Positions 24,630 to 34,233 of a stretch of DNA of 64,000 nt are shown in pieces. The position numbers and the translations under genes are program-made. Position 1 is the stretch's first letter. Each line of letters begins with the position of its first letter. The stretch is taken from positions 64,001-128,000 of the forward strand of contig CAWCNY010000001.1 of NCBI GenBank assembly GCA_963797095.1. Direction: 5' to 3'. Source of the DNA: an uncultured Chloroflexia bacterium (GTDB lineage: Bacteria; Chloroflexota; Chloroflexia; QHBQ01; JADMIH01). The notes below the pieces were generated by a model. It did no database searches and was not told the DNA's origin. It saw only the letters and a list, made by a program, of their open reading frames with translations.

Positions 24630-25350
24630 GTTCCTCCTCGATAAATTCCTGCGATCCGGCTGGGATTTCGGTGAGCATGCCGAACCGGCCGAGCATCGCC
24701 GCCTTGATCGGTGCGAAGGATTTTCTGTGAACGGGAGCTACTCCAAGCAGCTTTATGGAGTCGCTATGGAGGCGGGTGCCGTATCCTTTGTGCTGTGCGA
24801 ATCCCCAACCGGGATGGGTCTCTTCCATCTCGCACATGATAGCGTCTCGCGTTACCTTCGCCACGACCGACGCCGCCGCGATGGACATACACGCTGCGTC
24901 GCCCCTGATTATGGCTTTTTGCGGGAGTTTCACCCCTGGGAGCCTGAAGGCATCAAGGAGAAGGTGGTCGGGTTGGACGCCGAGCGAGCGCAAGGCCCGC
25001 GCCCAAGCCAACCTGTTGGCCGGACCGATCCCGATCACATCGATCAGCGCGTTGGAGACTATCCCCACGCCCACAGCGAGAGCTACGCCTTTGATCAGGG
25101 AGAGCAGCCGCTCGCGGGTGTGGGGTGTGAGCATTTTGCTGTCGCGTAACTCTGCAAGGCTCTCACTTAGCTCAGGTGTATGCGCCAGCTGATCGGGGCG
25201 TGGGAGCACGACGGCCCCCGCGACTAGCGGACCTGCCCAGGCCCCGCGCCCGGCCTCATCTACGCCCGCTATCAGGAGATGCCCTTTCGCGTAAAGCTCA
25301 TGCTCGAAATCCCAGCTTGGGAATATGCGCCTGGTCGCGATCCTCTCCAT
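24616..25350 (-). CDS. rnhB: Ribonuclease HII
   Basis: GVDEAGRG.WAGP, DSK.L, SIAAASVVAKVTRD and HKGYGT. Confidence 0.97.
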   Translation of the reverse strand: MERIATRRIFPSWDFEHELYAKGHLLIAGVDEAGRGAWAGPLVAGAVVLPRPDQLAHTPELSESLAELRDSKMLTPHTRERLLSLIKGVALAVGVGIVSNALIDVIGIGPANRLAWARALRSLGVQPDHLLLDAFRLPGVKLPQKAIIRGDAACMSIAAASVVAKVTRDAIMCEMEETHPGWGFAQHKGYGTRLHSDSIKLLGVAPVHRKSFAPIKAAMLGRFGMLTEIPAGSQEFIEEELVVA

Positions 25351-25441
25351 AAATCGTATTGTACCAGAGCGACCGGCTAAAGGACGGGTTTTCAACAGAG
25401 CACGCGGAGCACGCGGAGCGCGATCCGACCTGGCCGCCGGT

Positions 25442-26687
25442 CTATTTTCGTCCGAAGATCTTCAGCGCCCTCATGATCCGCCCGGACTCGAGCCGGTTTA
25501 TGAGTGATTCGAGGTATTCGATGTGCCGGTTTTTCTCACTAATGATCTCGGTGAGCTTGGCATTCTCAACCATCAGGTGCTCGGTGTCGTTTGTTTCCTC
25601 AAGAGCATTGTTCTCCCACGACCCTCCTAAGGTGTGGAAAAGCGGCTCGAAGGCCGGCACTGCCTCCAACTGCTGCCACCCCTCTTCCCCCACTGTGTCG
25701 TTCTTGCGGAACGGCACCAGTTGCTCGAAATAGTTCGCGACGGCGCTATAGTCGCGGCGACCCACGCCTTTGGCCCATGTCATGATGTTGTAGTGGGTGC
25801 CCAGGTTATATAGATCAACGGTTTGCTTTTTCACCTGCGGGTCCTGTTCCCACAGGGCCCGGAATAGAGGCGGGATCACCTCGGATGGCCCGTCAACAAA
25901 CTTCCTGCCGAAGAAGAAAACCCCCGCCGCCACTTTCAACGCTCCCTCCTCTGTGAAAAGAGCATCGTAAGCTCGCAGGGGTTGAGCGAGCACCTTATGT
26001 AGCAGCATCCGGTAAGCCTGCACATGAGGGTCGGGATCGTTTTCCATCTGTTGCAGGTAGGTTACAAGGTTCATTTGGAGCGCAAACGAGGGCATCTGGT
26101 ATGGCGCGACACCAGTTCTTATCTTCTCGAATTGGGCGAACGCCTGCTCTAACCCTTGCTCGCTGGCGTTAAAAGTAGTGGTGAGGGTAGCCGTGGTAGG
26201 CGAATACGAAGTTGCAGTCTCCGTATACGTAGCCGCCATTGCGCAAGGCATTGAACATTTCCTGGGCCGCAAGGAACGGCTGGCGAAGGTGCTCGATCAC
26301 GGCGAGCGAGAAGATGAAATCGAATACACCTGGGCGGAAGGGCAGGGCATGTGCGTCGCCCACTACATCCACGTAGGGAGTTAGGGTCACGTCCATGCGG
26401 ATGACGTTCGGGAGGTCTTGCTTTTGGTTGCCCGCTCCCAGGTTGAGGATTATAGCGCTCCTGGGTAGGGATCTAATAACGAGCGGGGGAATCCAGAGAC
26501 CGTAGTCTGTTCGCACTTCCAACTCGTGCTGGTATTCGGTCTCGGGAACCGAGCCGTCGGGCAGAAGCACCGGGACACCATTTACGATGGGATAGGCGCG
26601 CTCGCACGATTGGCATATGAGCTTATCGCCCTCTCTCAGCAGGTCTCCCTTACATACGGGGCAGGCTAAGATAGTGTACAGGTCCAT
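25442..26687 (-). CDS. Trm112-like zinc-knuckle + class I SAM methyltransferase (apparent frameshift in a T-run at ~26170)
   Basis: LACPVCKG.L...YPIVNGVPVL; NLGAG, GDAH.LPF, YHGYPHHYF|NAS; coiled-coil C-terminus. Confidence 0.8.
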
Positions 26688-26758
26688 TACTCCTCCCCAA
26701 CATGCACAGAAGCCGCAGAACCATAATTGTTCCTGCGGCTTCTCCTGGAAAGCTGTTG

Positions 26759-27352
26759 CTATCCTTTTACTTCGCCGGCCTCTTCGGCCTCTTCATCGTC
26801 GCCAGCTTCGTCGTACTCTTCTTCGTCGGCGTCGGCCTCCGACTCGACCTCATCTGTCTCGTCGTAATCTTCGGCGTTATCGTACTCCTCGGCCTCCTCG
26901 GCTTCTTCGTACTCATCTTCCGCCTCGGGCCTCAGCTCCTCCGCTTCTACAGTGGCAGCAAGCGCGCCGCGCTTGCCTTTGCCATCAGCGGACGGCCTGT
27001 AGCGGCGCTCTTTGATGCGCGCGGCTTTACCTGTCAGACCGCGCAGGTAATACAACTGAGCGCGGCGCACTACGCCACGGCGTACGACCTCGATCTTGTC
27101 GATGCGGGGGGAGTTGAGGAGGAATGTGCGCTCGACGCCGATCCCGTGGGAGGCGATGCGGCGTACCGTGAAGTTGGCGTTAATCCCACCGCTTCTGCGG
27201 CGCATGACAACACCCTCGAACACCTGGATACGCTCGCGGTTTCCCTCAACCACCTTTACGCTCACACGTACGGTGTCACCTACGCCGAACTCGGGCACGG
27301 ACGCTTTCAACATGGCGGACGTGACCGCATTTATCGCCTGGGTGGGTTTCAT
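26759..27352 (-). CDS. rplS: 50S ribosomal protein L19 with long acidic C-terminal tail
   Basis: GDTVRV.VKVVEG.RERIQ.FEG, GVERTF and VRRA.LYYLR...GKAARIKE. Confidence 0.97.
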   Translation of the reverse strand: MKPTQAINAVTSAMLKASVPEFGVGDTVRVSVKVVEGNRERIQVFEGVVMRRRSGGINANFTVRRIASHGIGVERTFLLNSPRIDKIEVVRRGVVRRAQLYYLRGLTGKAARIKERRYRPSADGKGKRGALAATVEAEELRPEAEDEYEEAEEAEEYDNAEDYDETDEVESEADADEEEYDEAGDDEEAEEAGEVKG

Positions 27353-27409
27353 TTCTTCCGGTTCTCCTATGTATCGCTTTTGCAAGCCCTCTTTTTAGGC
27401 GCGAAGGTA

Positions 27410-27438
27410 ATTATAACACAAGCCAGGGCTGCTTGCAA
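27410..27438 (-). promoter_or_regulatory. sigma70 promoter of rplS
   Basis: TTGCAA-17bp-TATAAT with an extended TG. Confidence 0.75.
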
Positions 27439-27492
27439 CGGCTTTAGAGCGAACGCAGGGTTTATTCATTCTCGCCTGGAGCGAGGGAGAGA

Positions 27493-27700
27493 CCCCTCAC
27501 CCCCTGCCCCCCGCCTCCTTCGTCGGCACCCCTTCGTCGGCACCCCTTCGTCGGCACCCCGTATTCGGGGAGAGGGGAGAGTAGAAAGAAGATGAGAGTT
27601 GGGGGTGTCCCCCCAAACCCCCCGGCAGGCAGTTGCGCCTGCACCCCCTTTTGCAGGAACCTACCCCTGAAAGCGGTAGGGGAGAACCCCTGCACCCCTA
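27493..27700. repeat. REP-like cluster including a 14-bp tandem (CCTTCGTCGGCACC x3, 27517-27558)
   Basis: Seen directly; CCCCTCACCCC...GGGGAGAGGGG and GGGGGTGTCCCCCCAAACCCCC units. Confidence 0.75.
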
Positions 27701-27767
27701 TCGTGAATGAATAGACCGTGGAGCGAATGAAACGCGCGATACCTATTATATATGCAGTGCTCTTCAA

Positions 27768-28610
27768 TTACTCTATGACTATTTCCCGGCGCGACGAGAG
27801 CCACCATACCACCCCGATAATGGTTGTAGCGTATGCAGACACTACCAGCAGGGATGCTCGCGCTACCGTGTCGGGTTGCGTGTCGGTCGCGAAGTGGAGC
27901 GCGCCCACCAGCGGCGCTAGGAGGGGAGGTATCACCTCCACGAATGGCCTCAGGTTTTCAATGGGGAAAGTGCGTGGGTCAAACGCCATGACGCCAAGCG
28001 TAATCACGGCCAGCACCAGCAGCCTTACGCCGAACGGTGACACGAAGTTAGCAACCAGCGCCATCAACCCCACCATGCAGGCCAGCCCCACCGCCACAGG
28101 CAGAATGCCTCTCAGGAGCGTGCTCAGGTCGAGCCACTGTACATTATTTACCGGCGCGAGCACCGAATACCTGATGAATACGGCGAGGGCTGCCAGCCCG
28201 AAGGTTAAGATGCCTACGATCCAAGCCGACAGCAACCCCGCCGCCACATATGTGCTCTTACTCACTCGTCGCGCCAGGATCGGGTAGGTGTGGGGATGGT
28301 TTGCTCGCGAGAAGATGCCTGCCGTGTCGAGGGCCGCCAGCACCAGCGTCGAAAGGTATGTTACTGAGAAGAAGGCTCCACGGTCGGGTGCGCTGCCGAA
28401 AGAGAGGAGATGGGCGATGCCCACGCCGACTATGTTCAGCCAGATCCACGGACTGCGAGCGAAATCCTTCAGAATGAAGGTCGTCAGAGTGGCGAATATC
28501 GAGGTTCCACGCAGCCAATCAGGCACATATACCGGCTGTTTGAACGGGCGCTCGATCTGCCCGCCCTGGGCTGTGCCTTCCAACATGCTAGATGGAGTTC
28601 TCATGCCCAT
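27768..28610 (-). CDS. ABC-2 type transporter permease
   Basis: About six TM helices; overlaps the ABC ATPase gene. Confidence 0.75.
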   Translation of the reverse strand: MGMRTPSSMLEGTAQGGQIERPFKQPVYVPDWLRGTSIFATLTTFILKDFARSPWIWLNIVGVGIAHLLSFGSAPDRGAFFSVTYLSTLVLAALDTAGIFSRANHPHTYPILARRVSKSTYVAAGLLSAWIVGILTFGLAALAVFIRYSVLAPVNNVQWLDLSTLLRGILPVAVGLACMVGLMALVANFVSPFGVRLLVLAVITLGVMAFDPRTFPIENLRPFVEVIPPLLAPLVGALHFATDTQPDTVARASLLVVSAYATTIIGVVWWLSSRREIVIE

Positions 28611-29886
28611 TGGCAGGTGTCCCTTCTTCTGATACGTGGAGTGGCCTTGTAAAACGGCTATCCAGGGGGCCGGTCATTGCCCCGGTGCTCGTGTTCGTGT
28701 GTCCCTCGTGCTCGGGTGTGGTCAGAGGCCCGGTGACGAGTGGGCCTGTAATCAACGGGCCGGTTGGTGTGATCCCTGTTTGGGCCTGCATCACCGGTGA
28801 CAATGTTTGCGCGTAGATGCTTTCCAGGTCCTTCCTCTCCGTATATACCGAGATCACGTCCCAGCCTGCTTCCACCAGCATCTTCAAGGCCGAGGCCTTG
28901 ATCCCCTGCGCGTTCAATATCGCCCCGCCTGAGGGGAGGCTGACAATCAGAGGGCCGGACGGTTGGCTGTTCGTGACGGTGACGAATGGGTGGAGGTTCT
29001 TGAGGGCGCTCAGCAGGTGCGGCAAACGTTCGGGCACATCCTCCCTGGGCACCGCCACGATAATGGTGCGTGGGCTGTTCTCCACGACCGCCTGCAAGAT
29101 CAGCTTGCCCGCTTTCAGCACGCCTACGGTATCGCAGGCGCGTTCTACTTCGGTTACTTTGTGTGAGGCCATTAATATGGTGGAGCCGCGACGTTTGCAT
29201 TGGAGCAATATGTCGCGCATAGCTATCTGCCCTCCACGTTCGAGGTGCGCCGAAGGCTCGTCTAGTATCAGCAGGTCGGGGAAGTGGTCCCCTGCCCCTA
29301 CCAGAGCCACCGCCAGGCCCAACCGGTGGAGCATCTCAGGTGTGTAATAGGCGATGCGTCTCTTGATCCAGGCCTGCGCCGCTACTATTTCGACTGCCCG
29401 CGCTGCCGACGCGCGCGCGTTGCGCCGGGTGAGGCCGCACAACCTTGCCTGGAAGCGCAGGTATTCCCAGCCTGTGAAGTTCGGGTGGAAATAGGGGTGC
29501 TCGGCCAGGTAGCCTATCCTGCCTCGCGCTTCTACCATTTCTCCCGGCTCGTCGGCCCCAAATACCGACACTTTGCCTTCATCGGGGCGCAAGAAACCGA
29601 GCACAAGCCTCAATAAAGTGGATTTACCGGAGCCGGTTGGCCCGAGCAATCCGAACACTTCTCCGGCTCGTACTGTAATAGAGACGTTACGCAAAGCGTA
29701 TATGTCTTTGAAGTGTTTGTTTACCGAACTCAGATCTATAACCGGCACGGGAGCCGCGACAGGCTCGCCATTCGGCTCGGTGGAGATGGTGTCTGCTTCA
29801 AATTGCGATGGCACCCGGCCATTGAGGCTGCCGGCAGGTCGCGTAATCAAGCCGTTTTGTGGATACTGTTCTGTCTCCCCAATCAT
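28588..29886 (-). CDS. ABC transporter ATP-binding protein
   Basis: Walker A GPTGSGKST, Walker B LLILDEP, H-loop ASH; degenerate signature motif. Confidence 0.92.
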   Translation of the reverse strand: MIGETEQYPQNGLITRPAGSLNGRVPSQFEADTISTEPNGEPVAAPVPVIDLSSVNKHFKDIYALRNVSITVRAGEVFGLLGPTGSGKSTLLRLVLGFLRPDEGKVSVFGADEPGEMVEARGRIGYLAEHPYFHPNFTGWEYLRFQARLCGLTRRNARASAARAVEIVAAQAWIKRRIAYYTPEMLHRLGLAVALVGAGDHFPDLLILDEPSAHLERGGQIAMRDILLQCKRRGSTILMASHKVTEVERACDTVGVLKAGKLILQAVVENSPRTIIVAVPREDVPERLPHLLSALKNLHPFVTVTNSQPSGPLIVSLPSGGAILNAQGIKASALKMLVEAGWDVISVYTERKDLESIYAQTLSPVMQAQTGITPTGPLITGPLVTGPLTTPEHEGHTNTSTGAMTGPLDSRFTRPLHVSEEGTPANGHENSI

Positions 29887-30302
29887 AGGAGTATTATAGC
29901 ATGGAGGCAGCGGGAAGGCAGTGCCTGGCGCTCAGATCGGGGTGCCGGAGGTACGAAGAGCTTTGAAAGCTGCCCGATGGCGATTCATACCTGGGACCGA
30001 GGAGAAAGATCAGACTTAAGTACCATTGGCACGCGGCTTGCTTAACTGGTACAATAGTATTGGGAACAAGGGGGAGAGTCCTATTGCTTGTATTGGAGTC
30101 ACTTTCCACGAGAAGCTACTCCACATCAATACGGTCCTAGCAACCGCCAACTATCCTAGATCGTTCTATATATAGAACGCCCACCCCATATGCCGCCCTA
30201 TATATTATGGGGGGCGCGTTCGCCTTAGCTCTATGGAAAGCTTAGGTATGTATCTAACTTGTTTTGATATGATTGTAAATATAAGGTGCAAGGACATCAC
30301 GA

Positions 30303-32147
30303 ATGACAGCAGTAACCAGTAAGCCGGATGTGTTAGATCAGGCTCTATTTGAATATTTTGGGTATAGCGAGTTCCGCCCAGGCCAGCGAGAGGTGCTTGA
30401 TCAACTTCTCAAAGGGCAGGACGTGCTTGCTGTCTTCCCTACAGGCGCGGGTAAATCTCTTACTTATCAGCTGGCCGCGCTACTTCTTCCGGGCACGGCA
30501 ATCGTCGTGTCACCCCTGATCGCTCTTATGCGCGACCAGGTAGTGGACCTTCAGAGCAGGAGCATTGAGGGTGTATCCGCCATCAACTCTACCCTCACCG
30601 AGCAGGAAGTAAATGACCACCTCAGCGACCTTACCGGTGGCGAGGAAAAACTGCTTTATGTGACCCCGGAGCGCTGCTCCGATCCCGAATTTCTTGAGCA
30701 TCTTGAGAGAACCAACGTCTGCCTCTTTGTGGTAGATGAGGCCCACTGTATCTCCGAATGGGGCTACGACTTCCGCCCGGCCTATCTGATGCTCAACAAG
30801 GCGATCCGCGCAGCCAAGCGCCCGCCTATCCTGGCCCTTACGGCGACCGCCACCCCGCAGGTGCGCATGGACATCCAGTCCAACCTGGGCCTTATCGATC
30901 CGCTGGTGATCATCCACGGGTTCGACCGCCCCAACCTGGTGTTCGATGTCCTTTCGGCCTCCACGGATCGCGAGAAGGACTGGCAGCTACTCAAGCTTTT
31001 CGGCAGGGCTTCCTCCGGCAAGGCGGGAGAGGCAGGCGGTTATATGACCTCCACCTTCACGCGCCGCGATTTCCCCGCCGATATGAACTCGGAGTTGATA
31101 GAGAGGATTGAGTACCTCGATGCCACCCTGGAGGGTTCGGGGTTGGTATACGTGGCTACTACAGCCGAGGCTCGCCGTGTAGCCGGTCTCTTGAATGATT
31201 CAGGCCTGAAGGCGGCTTTCTATCACGGGCAGATGCGCAAGAGCGACCGGGACCGCGTGCAGCAGGAATGGATGGACGAGAAGACGCCCGTTGTGGTGGC
31301 GACCACGGCCTTCGGTATGGGCATCAATAAGCCCAATCTGCGCTATGTGGTCCATTATGACCTGCCCGCTTCTCTCGAAGCCTATTATCAGGAGGCAGGT
31401 AGGGCAGGGCGCGACGGCCTGCCGGCCAAGGCGATCCTCATTTACGACCCTCGCGACCGCAACATTCAGAACTTCTTCATCGGCGGTAGCGTACCGTCGG
31501 AGGCCAGCCTGCGGGACTTCTGGGACGAAATCAGGAAGCTGCTGCGCGCCAAAGAGCGCGCCAACCCAGGTGAGGGCAAGGTTACGTCCCTATCCATAAG
31601 CGAGGTTGCCAAGATACGCAATCTGCCTGTAGCGCGGGTTCGGCCTCTGCTGGCCGCGCTTGAGCAGGCGGGCGGGGTTGCCCTGCTGGAAGGGAACGGC
31701 GATAACCAGGATGTGGCGCACTTCCGCAAGCTGCACGTAATTGGCAGGCGTTTGCTACTCGATATGAAGAAACTCCAGGCCCGCAAGCAGTATGAGCAAA
31801 GCAGACTGGAGATGATGCAGAGATATGCCAGCACCCGCGATTGCCGCCGGAGGCTCCTCCTCGGCTATTTCGGGGAGACCTATGACCGCGAGAACTGTGG
31901 CGGGTGCGATAACTGCCTCAAGGCGGACGAAAGCACGGCCATTCGGAGCGAACAGTCGATGGCAGTGCCGGTGCCCGAAACTCCTTTCCATACAGGCTCC
32001 AGCGTTACCCATAAGAAGTGGGGCGCGGGCACTATCCAGACTATGGAGAACAACACAATTACCGTGCACTTCCCTGACGTGGGGTATAAGACGCTGGCGC
32101 TGGACGTGGTACTGACGGCCGGTATCCTCTTACCATCTTTTGGCTGA
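30303..32147 (+). CDS. recQ: RecQ-family ATP-dependent DNA helicase
   Basis: PTGAGKS, VDEAHCISEWGYDFRP, YYQEAGRAGRDG and Zn CRR...C..CDNC. Confidence 0.95.
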   Translation: MTAVTSKPDVLDQALFEYFGYSEFRPGQREVLDQLLKGQDVLAVFPTGAGKSLTYQLAALLLPGTAIVVSPLIALMRDQVVDLQSRSIEGVSAINSTLTEQEVNDHLSDLTGGEEKLLYVTPERCSDPEFLEHLERTNVCLFVVDEAHCISEWGYDFRPAYLMLNKAIRAAKRPPILALTATATPQVRMDIQSNLGLIDPLVIIHGFDRPNLVFDVLSASTDREKDWQLLKLFGRASSGKAGEAGGYMTSTFTRRDFPADMNSELIERIEYLDATLEGSGLVYVATTAEARRVAGLLNDSGLKAAFYHGQMRKSDRDRVQQEWMDEKTPVVVATTAFGMGINKPNLRYVVHYDLPASLEAYYQEAGRAGRDGLPAKAILIYDPRDRNIQNFFIGGSVPSEASLRDFWDEIRKLLRAKERANPGEGKVTSLSISEVAKIRNLPVARVRPLLAALEQAGGVALLEGNGDNQDVAHFRKLHVIGRRLLLDMKKLQARKQYEQSRLEMMQRYASTRDCRRRLLLGYFGETYDRENCGGCDNCLKADESTAIRSEQSMAVPVPETPFHTGSSVTHKKWGAGTIQTMENNTITVHFPDVGYKTLALDVVLTAGILLPSFG

Positions 32148-32260
32148 TTTCGGTGATGTAAGAAGCAAATCTTGCCTGAGATCAGGCATTGCAGAGTACT
32201 TGACTCATCTGGTAGAATTAGGTAACAGGCGGCCACATTATATAAGGAGATATAACAGAT

Positions 32261-32686
32261 ATGGCTATTGATCAGAAGGAATTGGTTGAGACCCAACCTG
32301 AAACCCTCAGCACCGACCTCGTTAGCATAACTCCGTCGGCTGTGACGCAGCTTCAGGAGCTTCTCACTCAGCAGGAGAACGTAAGCCCACAGCTTGGTTT
32401 GCGCGTTTTTGTCTATCCAGGCGGTTGCTCCGGTATGTCCTATGGTATGGCCTTCGAGGACCAGCCTGCGGATGACGATTTCACCATTGAAGTACACGGT
32501 ATTAGACTGTACGTTGATGAGATGAGCGCCCAGTATGTGGGCGGCTCCAAGATCGATTATGAGGATAGCCTCATGGGCGGCGGGTTCCGCATCCTGAATC
32601 CGAACGCGGTGCGCACCTGTGGCTGCGGCCACTCGTTCGACACCGGCTCGGACGGCAACTCGGCTCGCGGCTGCGGCTGCCACTAA
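32261..32686 (+). CDS. iscA: A-type Fe-S cluster carrier (HesB/IscA/ErpA)
   Basis: GGCSGMSY, NPNA..TCGCG.SF. Confidence 0.93.
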   Translation: MAIDQKELVETQPETLSTDLVSITPSAVTQLQELLTQQENVSPQLGLRVFVYPGGCSGMSYGMAFEDQPADDDFTIEVHGIRLYVDEMSAQYVGGSKIDYEDSLMGGGFRILNPNAVRTCGCGHSFDTGSDGNSARGCGCH

Positions 32687-32744
32687 TTCTCGGATATGGA
32701 TAGTCCAGGCTTCTCCTGACCGAGAGCTTACAGAGTGTTGGTTT

Positions 32745-32775
32745 GGGAACACCCCTGAGGGGTGTTCTCTTTTTG
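32745..32775 (+). terminator. Intrinsic terminator
   Basis: GAACACCCC-TGA-GGGGTGTTC followed by TCTTTTT. Confidence 0.8.
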
Positions 32776-32824
32776 TAATTGACAGCTATAATGGTGGCAC
32801 GAAAGTCACAAAGGGGATCGTAAT

Positions 32825-33421
32825 ATGGATGATACCGGCTCGTCTGCTGTACTGATAGTCGCTTGCCTGGGATTTCTGATCGTGGTGGGTGCCGTCGTAG
32901 CGATCTATGTGTTTGCTCTCACCCGCAAAGCTACCGACGCGGTCAAGACGAAACCGCGCAATATCCGAAGTTTCTCCACGCCCATCCCTTACGGCGATGC
33001 GATCAATCGCCTTCTGGGCTTCGCGCCGACGCAGAGCTATAAGGTGGAGGATGTCGCCCCGGACGGCAGCAGGGTGATTCTGGGCACATCAATCACATTT
33101 TTCAGCTATGGGTTCTTCTACCCGATCTATTTCAGCGTCGAGCCGGGTGGGAGCACGATCGTTGAGGTAGGGATCGTCAGCCGGGCTTTTCAGTGGGGAC
33201 CTGTGGTGTCGTTCAACCACGATAAAGTTTTCAATATGGTACGCCAGGCCGTTTTGCCTTACGTGCCAACTGCGCAGCCTCCCTCCCCTTACTCATCTCA
33301 GCCTCCTCAACCTCCTCAGTACACAGCTTATCCGCCGAACCAACCCCCACCCCCACCGCCCGCCAATCCTCCATATCCCAGCCAGTCTCCCACCGGCGGT
33401 GGCTCGCCCACATCGGGTTGA
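32825..33421 (+). CDS. Hypothetical membrane-anchored protein with Pro-rich tail
   Basis: N-terminal TM helix, globular middle, Pro/Gln-rich C-terminus. Confidence 0.7.
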   Translation: MDDTGSSAVLIVACLGFLIVVGAVVAIYVFALTRKATDAVKTKPRNIRSFSTPIPYGDAINRLLGFAPTQSYKVEDVAPDGSRVILGTSITFFSYGFFYPIYFSVEPGGSTIVEVGIVSRAFQWGPVVSFNHDKVFNMVRQAVLPYVPTAQPPSPYSSQPPQPPQYTAYPPNQPPPPPPANPPYPSQSPTGGGSPTSG

Positions 33422-34233
33422 TGCTCGCTCGTATTCGCTCCGAACTTATCCCTTCACGTTCTCCCTCGCTCGATTTGTCGGGCAGGCCCGCGACCTGGCT
33501 GGCGCTCATCACTTTCGGGGTCTACTGCTTTGTCTACCCGTTCGCCGTCTTGCTCCTGTCGTTCGACTGGATGCCGTTCGGCATGGAGTGGATGAGCAGT
33601 CTACTGCTTGCGATGATGGGCCTCTCCTGCTTCGGCTGGCTGTGGGCTAATGCTGGCCGCCTGGGTGCTCTGTTGGGGGCGCTGGTCTTTTTCCTGGGTG
33701 TGGCCCTCGAATACCTGGGCGTGTTTACGGGTTTCCCGTTCGGCACCTATCGCTACACAGGTGTGCTCGTCCCTGAGCTACAGGGGGGAGTGCCCTTAGC
33801 GATCGGGTTTGCCTGGCTGCTTGTGATAGTGAGCAGCCACTTGACGGTGCGCCGCCACTTTCCCGCTCATGTAACCCCAGGCAGCATAATTGCTGTCTCA
33901 CTGGTGGGCGCGCTTCCGGCTGTTGGCCTCGATCTTCTCCTTGAACCTGTTGCTTATCACGTCAAGAATTACTGGCAATGGCTCCCCGGCGATGGAGCTT
34001 ATTATGGGATACCGGTAGTGAACTTCGTCGCCTGGTTTGTGGCCGCCGCGATCTTCAACCTGCCGCTGGCTCTTGTAATCAGGGGGGAGAAAAGCCACAT
34101 CCTGCCCTGGCTTCCTGTTGCTCTCTTCGTAATGAATGTCCTTATGTTTGGGATCGTGTGCGTGGCTCATGGCTTCTGGTTGGCCGGTCTGATCGCCCTG
34201 GTGTTGCTTGCCGCTGCGTTCCTGTCGCGCTGA
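33418..34233 (+). CDS. cruF: Carotenoid 1,2-hydratase (CruF/DUF422 family)
   Basis: E..GV.TGFPFG.Y.Y, GVPL.I..AW, DL.LEP.A and GIP..NF..W. Confidence 0.88.
   Translation: MMLARIRSELIPSRSPSLDLSGRPATWLALITFGVYCFVYPFAVLLLSFDWMPFGMEWMSSLLLAMMGLSCFGWLWANAGRLGALLGALVFFLGVALEYLGVFTGFPFGTYRYTGVLVPELQGGVPLAIGFAWLLVIVSSHLTVRRHFPAHVTPGSIIAVSLVGALPAVGLDLLLEPVAYHVKNYWQWLPGDGAYYGIPVVNFVAWFVAAAIFNLPLALVIRGEKSHILPWLPVALFVMNVLMFGIVCVAHGFWLAGLIALVLLAAAFLSR

Noticed and set aside
27517-27558. 14-bp triple repeat as a possible CRISPR array
   Set aside because: Directly tandem, no spacers, and no cas genes in the window.
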